Assembly: GCA_951406725.2 (NCBI GenBank)
Contig: OX597818.1
Coordinates: 56,358,001-56,422,000, forward strand
Source of the DNA: Octopus vulgaris
Lineage: Eukaryota
Direction of reading: 5' to 3'
DNA length: 64,000 nucleotides
The notes under the pieces were generated by a model. That model saw nothing but the letters and a program-made list of their open reading frames with translations. It searched no databases and had not been told where the DNA came from. The translations under genes were made by a program, and so were the position numbers. Shown here piece by piece: positions 54,563 through 64,000 of this stretch. Within the stretch, counting starts at the first letter, position 1. The number at the start of each line of letters is the position of its first letter.

Positions 54563-54590
54563 TTTTGCCGTTCATATATATATAGAGAGA
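54208..54590 (-). mobile_element. Non-autonomous Helitron (family 2)
   Basis: Shares 5' end and body with 50945-51093. Confidence 0.7.
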
Positions 54591-55097
54591 TTAGGACCCG
54601 CTAACCCCCACCTCTGTCCCTCTCAAAATGTCGAGATAAAATAACTGAAGGTTAAGCCTTATGAATATGACTCCCTATTTTTTAATACATTAATTACGCC
54701 TATTGTATTTTTTGTCGGAACGCCAAGCTTGTTTGTGCTTTAACTGTTGCACACCCTATGGCCCATGCCTATACCTTAATCGCCGTCTGGCTTCATTGAA
54801 CTATAATTTTAGTTGCATTCTTTATGAATATAGAGTGCTAGGCCAGGGATACCAAACCTGTTTGGCTTTGCAGGTCGGACTGGGAAAGCAAATAAATCTT
54901 ACCCGGCAAGTAGAGTTATTTGTATGGAAGGCCAAACTGAACGTATAAAAGGGGATCAATAAACGTTAGAATAAGTCTATTGACAATGAAGAAAGGAACG
55001 AATGTGAGGCGTTAGTAGAATTTCTGTGCAGAGATGTGTGGGGAGACTCGTACACATGATATAGATATAGCCATGTTAGATCAGTGTCGATAGATAG

Positions 55098-55145
<48 letters not shown>

Positions 55146-55596
55146 TAGACACTAAGAGAGATATGGATAGAGAGACGAGAGAGTAGAGAGAATGACGATA
55201 GATAGAGTGAGAAAGAGAGAGAGAGACGAGATAGATAGATAGAGAGAGAGAGCGTAGAGAGATGAGATAAACAGAGATATATGGATAGAGAGAGAGACGA
55301 GAGATAGATAAATAGATAGAAAGATAAATAGAGAGTAGAGAGACGAGATAGAGATAGAGAGAGAGAGGAATATTGACTCAATAGTTAACTGGTACTTTAT
55401 TTATCAACCCCAGATCAATGGAAAGCAAAGTTTGACACAGTGGGAATTGAACCTACAATCCACTGACCAGGGACAATCAAACCATTCTATTAATCTATCG
55501 CCTTCCTTAACTTTGTAAAATTGTTTTTGTAAATATATTGTACCTACAATTTTATAACATTTTCCGCAATTTTATAACATCTTCAAAAGGGGAGTT

Positions 55597-55645
55597 AATC
55601 TAGCCCTGACGAGCTGTAAAGACGGTGGAAATGGTCAGCTTGATT
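55597..55645 (+). ncRNA. Type I hammerhead motif (decayed)
   Basis: AATCTAGCC CTGACGA GCTGT aaag ACGGT G GAAA TG GTC AGCTTGATT. Confidence 0.65.
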
Positions 55646-55717
55646 CACATCGCAAGTTATCGAAAACAATGTCATTGTATAATTTCGCAGTTAGACTAAA
55701 ATTACGAGGGAGCTTCT

Positions 55718-56022
55718 GGATCTTTACCTTTTGACCGGCAGATTTAGAAAATAATTTTTTGTAACTAAACACTTTCAAACTTCGTATACTGGTAGAATAT
55801 GTCATATAAAACGTTTTTTACTCTTAGCGTTTTTGAGAAAAGTTTATATTTATGAAGTTATTTCGTGTTAAAGTTGTCATATTTCGGTAATTTCAACTAA
55901 TCAATTTATTCAACTGAATAAAATTACTGCCGTTGTTTTATATGACACATTCTACCAGTATACGAAGTTTGAAAGTATTTAGTTACAAAAAATTTTTTTC
56001 TAAATCTGCCGGTCAAAGATCT
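55718..56022. mobile_element. Merlin-like MITE (GGATCTTT family)
   Basis: TTTGACCGGCAGATTTAGAAAA inverted repeat; perfect 8-bp TSD GAGCTTCT; partial copies at ~26174 and ~45680. Confidence 0.85.
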
Positions 56023-56030
56023 GAGCTTCT

Positions 56031-56455
56031 TATTTCTTTACTACCCACAAGGGGCTACACACAGAGAGGACAAACAAGGACAGACAAACAGATTAAGTCG
56101 ATTAATTCGACCCCAATGCATAACTGGTACTTATTTAATCGACCCCGAAAGGATGAAAGGCAAAGTCGACCTCGGTGGAATTTGAACTCAGAACGTAACG
56201 GCAGACGAAATACCTATTTCTTTATTACCCACAAGGGGCTAAACACAGAGGGGACAGGGGACAAACAAGGACAGACAAACGGATTAAGCCGATTATATTA
56301 ACCCCAGTGCGTAACTGGTACTTATTTAATCAACCCCGAAAGGATGAAAGGCAAAGTCGACCACGGCGGAATTTGAACTCAGAACGTAATGCCAGACGAA
56401 ATACTGCAAAGCATTTCGCCCGGCGTGCTTAACAATTCTGCCAGCTCGCCACCTT
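56031..56455 (-). mobile_element. SINE family B with two tandem body units
   Basis: Unit junction at ~56212. Confidence 0.9.
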
Positions 56456-57001
56456 AGAGGGAGCTTCTACGTAGTCGCTCAACCTGCTTGAAATAGCAGT
56501 CACATTTCTTCGAACTACATCTTCTGTCTCAAGAACAAGAAGACAAGTTGAACAATGAATTCGTATTCACAGAAAGACGTCACGAAATGGAGGAACGCCT
56601 TTCATTGTATTGCAAATTCATTCAGAACTGACTCAGAATTAAATAACATCAGTAACAACGTCTTCAAACATTTACGTATTCATTCGCTATTGTATATATG
56701 TATGCTTTACGTACTCTATATACCAAATCCACCCATAATAAGATCCACATATATTGGATAACTGCGTAGTTCATTCTTCTTTTTATAGACATAAAAAGTA
56801 CGTAAAAATTAACTCAGTGAAGAAACGCCTATGTGATCAACAATAAACGGCAGTCAAATCTCCCTCAAATCATATCCAACTCCCTAAAAGAAATCAGGAC
56901 ACATTTAACAATCTAGTCCAAGATACATTGTATCTGAATAAAAGACAGAACTATCCTGGCTGGAACGCTTTTGATTGTATGTCAGCTCCATCAGGACTAC
57001 A

Positions 57002-57396
57002 TCTCTCTATATATAAAGCTGAAGTTGTCTGTGTGTGGCAGGTTTGGTAGCCTTCAACTAACACTATCTCCTCCGAGACCCTGTGGTGCAAGTTGACCAA
57101 AATTGAGAGTATGATAGAAGAAGGCTTGCTCTTCCTTCCGTAGAAGAAAAAAATTCAAATCGGACCATGATAACACCAAAAATTATTTAAATCAAAAAGG
57201 TGCTTTTTTTTCTATGAAAATCCCTATTTTTTACGATTTTACGACTCCTGTGTCGCCATTTTTTCGGTGTATTTCAACCAGAAAAATGTTCAGCGATAGA
57301 GAATAACAAGTTACATAATGCAAAATTTTTACTTTTCAAAAATTTCAATTCTAAAGGGTCGAAACAAACCCGAGCAATGCCGGGCGATACTGCTAG
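57002..57396 (+). mobile_element. Non-autonomous Helitron
   Basis: A|TC...CCGGGCGATACTGCTAG|T, as at 21103-21407. Confidence 0.8.
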
Positions 57397-57636
57397 TTAA
57401 GATTAAAAGCCAGGGTACAAGATGTAACTATTTGCTTAAAAGAGAAGTTAAAACTCTCCAAAACTACGCATCTCTCACTATATGTAAACACGCACGGAAA
57501 ATGCAGCAAACTTACTTAGAAAAACAGTTGCCCTCATTTGTAAAACTACAAAGAGGAGGGTAGACATCTTGGTATCAATTGATTTCGTTTTCTGTGCCGA
57601 ATTGACACAGCTTATCAGCTAGGTTTACTGTTCTAT

Positions 57637-57837
57637 TTGTTTCAGTTACTTGACTGTGGCCATGCTGGAACACCGCCTTTAGTCGAACACATCGAACCCA
57701 GGACTTATTTATTCTTCGTAAGCCTAGTACTTATTCTATCAGTCACTTTTGCCGAACCGCTAAGTTACGAGGACATAAACACACCAGCATCGGTTGTCAA
57801 GCGATTGTCAAGCAATGGTGGACGAATAAACAGACAC

Positions 57838-57883
<46 letters not shown>

Positions 57884-57893
57884 GCACGCGCAT

Positions 57894-57965
<72 letters not shown>

Positions 57966-58122
57966 GACACGCTTCTTTCAGTTTCCGTCTACGAAATCCA
58001 CTCACAAAGCTTTGGTCGGCCCGAGGCTATTGTAAAAGACACTTGCCCAAGGTGCCACGCAGTGGGACAGAACCTGGAACCATGTGGTTGGTAAGCAAGC
58101 TACTTACCACACAGCCACGCGT
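57637..58122 (-). mobile_element. SINE family A
   Basis: Reverse-complement match with expanded (CA)n. Confidence 0.9.
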
Positions 58123-58180
58123 ATTGCATGCATGCATGTATGTATGTATGTATGTATGTATGTATGTATGTATGTATGTA

Positions 58181-58211
<31 letters not shown>

Positions 58212-58342
58212 ATGTATGTGTATACATCTATAAATGTTTGCATGAATCTATGTGTATATAAATATGTATGTATGCATTTATCTGCTTATATATCTATGTA
58301 TGCATGCACGCGTCTGTACATACCGTAATTTTTTGCAAGCTA

Positions 58343-58855
58343 CCATAAATCCTCGAGTATAATCCGCCGCCCCCCCAACTAAATTTAAAGGTCAAAATCC
58401 CTAGTGCGTACTATATACGAGGTTAAAAATGAAAATTATTTTCTAAGCAGTGTCCGAGTCTCTATTTGCTGTCCGTCAATGTTTATTCAGACGCATTTTG
58501 TGATGTCGGGTGCGAAAATACCTTAAATTAAGCCTGAAAGCAATGAAGTCATAAAAGAATCATCTATAACTTGCAATAAGCAACATTTATTAAACGTTAT
58601 TACTGTTATTTCTTTATTTGCTGCAAACAGAATGCACAAAAAAGCTACACGTTTGCATTATGTTATATATACAATAATAATAAAGGACGTTACCATATAC
58701 ATTTTTACAAACCAAGGACGTTATATAGACCTCCTTGACTCATGTTAGAGAAGAGGTGCGTATTATACACAGGGTTTAGGTTTTTCAGAGGTACAGGCCC
58801 CTAAAAATCCCCTGCGTATTATACTCAAGGGCGGACTATACTCGAGAATTTACGG
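58343..58855. mobile_element. pogo/Tc2-like MITE
   Basis: TA|CCATAAATCCTCGAGTATAATCCGCC ... GGCGGACTATACTCGAGAATTTACGG; subterminal GCGTATTATAC repeats. Confidence 0.75.
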
Positions 58856-59441
58856 GACGTATGGGTGTGTATGTATATAAACTACGGTCGTCGCTCAAGA
58901 TCGAAGATGACTTGGTACGCTGTAACATGGTTTTGCTAACTGTTTTAGGTACCTCCGTTGTAGCGAGCGTACCACGACCGACCTGGTGCTATGCTAAGAT
59001 GCATTTACTCAATATGCTTCGCAACGCCTCGTGATTGTGATAAGAACTTTACAATCAACCACAATGGGTCTACAATTTGGCTGCCATTTATAGCATGTCG
59101 AGCGACTCCGAAAAGCCTCGCGCTATTTTTATTAATAGTCGATGTTGTTATTATTGAGCGTATCGTGTTTTATCGATACAACAATAATAAACAACACAAT
59201 AGCGATCAAATGATCGATAATTCCATCGGTTCACCCCGATATGACCGGATCGGGAGTTGATTATTTTATGCTACAATGCGTAAGCATACGTTCAAACATT
59301 CACGCACGCGCGCACACACAGAGATGCACTCTTGTTTGCAAATATGTGTACTTACGTATATTGTATGAGTTTACATAACACAAATACACACACACAGGGT
59401 CATTGCAGTTACACTCGTACATGTATGTATGTGTGTGTCTG

Positions 59442-59512
<71 letters not shown>

Positions 59513-59526
59513 GTTTGTCTGTCTAT

Positions 59527-59574
<48 letters not shown>

Positions 59575-59581
59575 TTATCTA

Positions 59582-59632
<51 letters not shown>

Positions 59633-59767
59633 ATCTATCTATCTATTTATCTATCAATCTGTGCATGTATGTATATATATGCATGCATGTATGTATATAT
59701 ATGCATGCATGTATGTATGTATGTATGTATGTATGTATGTATGTATGTATGTATGTATGTATGTATG

Positions 59768-59814
<47 letters not shown>

Positions 59815-60112
59815 ATATATATATAATTTAACAATTAAGGATAACTTCTTAATAAGGAATCTTAACAAGAAATTATCAGGTAGTTAGCGTGACTACCTGA
59901 TAATTTCTTGTTAAGATTCCTTATTAAGAAGTTATCCTTAATTGTTAAATTTATTCCGAAATACTTTTCTTATCCGACATGCAGTTCGAAAAAGCCCGCC
60001 ATTTACCGAATATATGATTTATAAACATTCCATGTGCTTGGCCAGAGTGAATAGATGTCTGTTCGTCTTCGCTAGGTAAGGTTGGTGGTTTATTTATGAT
60101 GTGTTCAGAATC

Positions 60113-60169
60113 AGTTCTGCTGATGATCACAGACGTAAGTTAAATGTGAAATCACGGTGATACAGAACT
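60113..60169 (+). ncRNA. Type I hammerhead motif
   Basis: AGTTCTG CTGATGA TC ACA..TGT GAAA TCA CGG TGA TA CAGAACT; perfect 7-bp stem I, 4-bp stem III, weak stem II. Confidence 0.78.
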
Positions 60170-60289
60170 AAATTTATTTTTTAAATGTCTTGCTTTGAAG
60201 AACTGCATTAGGTATGATTAGTGTAATTTTGGTAGTAATGACTTTGTCTCTCTTAGTGTGAGGCATTTATGTGTAATAATGCCCTCTAT

Positions 60290-60351
<62 letters not shown>

Positions 60352-60534
60352 GTACATTTAAACACATAAGAGGTGACCATCATAGAACAGCTAGCCTGCT
60401 AGAAGGAATAGCCAAAATCCAAAAGAAATATATATATAGTTGGAATTTACAACAACAACAAAAAAACAAGACGAAGACGGGTGTGTAAACAACAAACAGA
60501 TGTATTAGTTTAATGCTCAGGAAGCTGAGAAAGT

Positions 60535-60570
60535 CTTTTACATTTCGAGCCTACGCTCTTGAACAGAAAC
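60535..60570 (-). ncRNA. Minimal hammerhead-like motif (CUGUUGA family, mutated core)
   Basis: Minus strand: TTT CTGTTCA A GAGC gtag GCTC GAAA TGTA AAAG. Confidence 0.55.
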
Positions 60571-60631
60571 GAACACGAGAAAATAAACAGAGAGAGAAAA
60601 TAAAATAAAATAAATATATATATGTATATGT

Positions 60632-60679
<48 letters not shown>

Positions 60680-60718
60680 ATATATATATTTATATATATA
60701 TATGTATGTATATGTATA

Positions 60719-60969
60719 CTGGGTTGGTGCATAATTATTGTGGCTTTTATTCAACAAATTTTATTCAACAAAAACAATAGCAATATTTCACAAAAACATC
60801 TTTAAATGACAGTTTGACCGTCTGCCAAACAAATGAGAAGCAATAATTGAAGTAGATGGTGAATATGCTCCGGAATAATCATTTAAAGATGTTTTTGTTA
60901 CATGTTCTTATTGTTTTTGTTGAATAAAATTTGTTGAAAAAAAGCCACAATAATTATGTACCAACCCAA
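60719..60969. mobile_element. Mariner-derived MITE with ~90 bp inverted arms
   Basis: TA-flanked TGGGTTGGTGCATAATTATTG TIR; centre translates DRLPNK*EAIIEVDGEYAPE*, resembling a mariner transposase C-terminus. Confidence 0.85.
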
Positions 60970-61590
60970 TATATATATCCATGTATGTATGTATGTATGT
61001 ATGTATGTATGTATGTATGTATGTATGTATGTATGTATGCAGGCATGCATTTGTGTCTTGACAACCGATGTCGGTGTGTTCTCGTTCCCGTAACTTAGCG
61101 GTTCGGCAAAAGAAACCGATAAAATAAGTGCTAGGCTTACAAAGAGTAAGTCCTGGGATTGATTTGTTCGATAAACAGCGGTGCTCCAGCATGGCCGCAG
61201 TCAAATGACCGAAGCAATTTAATGAATAAAAGACTCTATGTACAAACGCATAGGTGTGTATCTGCATGAATTCTACGAGCTTCCGTAACATACCGTAAAC
61301 ATACACACATATACCTGGGTGTGTACATAAATATGTGAAAATTCTTTTTGTGTTCCGCTATGACCTAATATAATATTTATGGCTGTATAAATTCATACAT
61401 GGGTGTGTATATTTGCATCTCTAAGTGTCTGTATGGACTTGCGTAAAACAATCCTTATACGCAAATACATACGTGGGTGTATATATTTGTGATACTGTAT
61501 GCGTTTTCATAATACACATATACAAATATATATATATACATGGGCGTATATATTTGTGTTCCTGCACGAGCTCACATAATACATATAATG

Positions 61591-61651
<61 letters not shown>

Positions 61652-61793
61652 ACGAGTGTGTAGTCCTTTGTCATTAAACGTCTGTATGAGTTTACACAAT
61701 CCACGTGATTATACATTATACAAATATATGCAAGGGTGTATATATATATATATATAAATCAGTAAATAGTGGGGTTGTGTTAATTTTTCCTTT

Positions 61794-61914
<121 letters not shown>

Positions 61915-61916
61915 AT

Positions 61917-62295
61917 GTGGCTGTGTGGTAAGTAGGTTGGTTACCAACCACATGGTTCTGGGTTCAGTCCCACTGCGTGACACCTTGGGCAAGTGTTTTC
62001 TACTATAGCCTCGGGCCGACCAAAGCCTTGTGAGTGGATTTGGTGGACGGAAACTGAAAGAAGCCTGTCGTATATATGTATATACATATGTGTGTGTATG
62101 TGTGTGTGTTTGCGTGTCTGTGTTTGTTCCCCCAACATCGCTTGACAACCAATGCTGGTGTGTTTACGGTTCGGCAAAAGAGACCGATAGAATAAGTACT
62201 AGGCTTACAAAGAATAAGTCCTGGGGTCGATTTGCTCAACGGTGCTCCAGCATGGCTACAGTCAAATGACTGAAACAAGTAAAAGAATAAAAGAA
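61917..62295 (+). mobile_element. SINE family A
   Basis: Colinear with other copies. Confidence 0.9.
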
Positions 62296-62327
62296 TATAT
62301 ATATATATATATATCTTTTACTATTAA

Positions 62328-62665
62328 TCGAGCAACTCGACCCCGGGACTTATTCTTTGTAAGCCCAGTACTTATTCTATCGGTCTCTTTTGCCGAACCG
62401 CTAAGTAACGGGGACGTAAACACACCAGCATCGGCTGTCAAGCAATGCTAGGGGGACAAACACAGACACACAAACATAGACACGCATACATATATATACA
62501 TATATACGACGGGCTTCTTTCAGTTTCCGTCAACCAAATCTACTCACAAGGCTTTGGTCGGCCCGAGGCTATAGTAGAAGACACTTGCCCAAGGTGCCAC
62601 GCAGTGGGACTGAACCCGGAACCATGTGGTTGGTAAATAAGCTACTTACCACACAGCCACGCCTG
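62328..62665 (-). mobile_element. SINE family A (inverted neighbour)
   Basis: Reverse-complement match. Confidence 0.9.
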
Positions 62666-63029
62666 TATATATATATATCTGTCTTTCTCGGTGTCTCTAT
62701 GAGCTTTCAGGATGTCATCCCAATGGCATACATTCTTCAGTAGAATTCTGAAGCTGTCTGCCAATGCTGTAATTTCAGAGACTCGACTATAATTCTGTTG
62801 CCAGGCAATCGAATGTAAAATCATAAGTGGAATAGAATACGAGGAAACAAGTGATGGTCGCTTGCGTCATCGACAAATAGTAAATACAGATTGTTGATAA
62901 AGCTGTATAGATTATTTAACAGTGACGAAATGAAGTGTAACTTTTCGGACAAGAACCTTTCGTCAACAAAAACAGAAACAAAACAAAAAGCAGAAAAATC
63001 CGACTGATATAAACATACATACACACATA

Positions 63030-63366
63030 GGTGCAGGCGCGGCCGTGTAAAGTTTGCTTCCTAATCACATGGTCATAGGTTCAGTCCCACTTCGTGGTAC
63101 CTTGAGCAAATGTCTCTTATTATGGTCTCGGGTCGAACAAAGCCTTGAGAGTGGATTTGGTAGACGGAAACTGAAAGAAGTCCGCTGTGTGTGTGGTGTT
63201 GGTGAATTTATGTTCCTGTGACATAGCAGTTCGGCAATAGCGACCGATGGAATAGGTACCAGGATTTAAAAAAGTACTGTGGTTGAATCATTTGGCTAAA
63301 AGTGCTTCAAGACGCTGCCCTAGCATGGCCGTAGTCTAATGACTCAAACAAAAGATAATAAAAGAA
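63030..63366 (+). mobile_element. SINE family A, diverged
   Basis: Recognisable head, body and tail. Confidence 0.8.
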
Positions 63367-63574
63367 AAATTCATATATACATACAGACGGACGGACATAA
63401 ACACACAATGTATATATGCTTATATGTTTTCATATATACATACGTATATACATACGTATATACATACATAAATTCAGATAAACTGACAGACAGATAATTA
63501 ATTTACATTTGTACCTGTAATTACACTACGCCAGTGGTTCCCAACAGTAGTTCCCAACTCTTTTATTTAAATGA

Positions 63575-63805
63575 GTTCTTTATTGCCCACAAGGGGCTAA
63601 ACATAGAGGGGACAAACAAGGACCGACAAAGGGATTAAGTCGATAACATCGAACCAGTGCATAACTGGTGCTTATTTAATCGACCCTGAAGGGATGAATG
63701 GCAAAGTCGACCTTGGCGGAATTTGAACTCAGAACGTAATGGCAGACGAAATACTGCTAAGCATTTCGTCCGGCGTGCTAACGTTTTTGCCAGCTCGCTG
63801 CCTTC
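63575..63805 (-). mobile_element. SINE family B
   Basis: Reverse-complement match. Confidence 0.88.
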
Positions 63806-64000
63806 TTACCACACAGCCACGCCTGCGCCTACATGAAAAACAAAATTAGTTTAATCTGCATAAAGCAGTTCTCATATTAAAGTTCTGAATGTCCTGGACT
63901 TGTTGAATTTCCTCAAATCAAAAATGTTCCTTTTCTTCTAAATCTCAAGTAAACACCAATATCACATTCTTCAAAACATAAACCAGACGCACGATAAAGA

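Overview
AT-rich, microsatellite-saturated eukaryotic DNA. The SINE families and simple-repeat load resemble an octopus (cephalopod) genome; this is inferred from recognition, not a search. Nearly all ORF-track entries are simple-repeat artefacts and no host gene is identified with confidence. The only long real ORF is a Penelope-like retroelement (RT plus C-terminal GIY-YIG, Neptune-type Cys linker) on the minus strand. Its pol frame is open from 31524 to 29197, has no start codon for its first ~140 codons, and is entered at a U-UUU-UUU heptamer in the -1 frame of an upstream ORF. Its 3' UTR holds a minimal hammerhead ribozyme motif. About a dozen further hammerhead or hammerhead-like motifs occur in short non-coding elements of several families, many embedded in (TA)n tracts and some as fold-back pairs, suggesting a PLE/retrozyme-like system. 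The remainder is tRNA-derived SINEs, RTE and Dong/R4-like fragments, Tc1/mariner relics and MITEs, Merlin-like MITEs with 8-9 bp TSDs, Helitron/Helentron non-autonomous elements and a solo LTR. All folds and alignments were done by eye.
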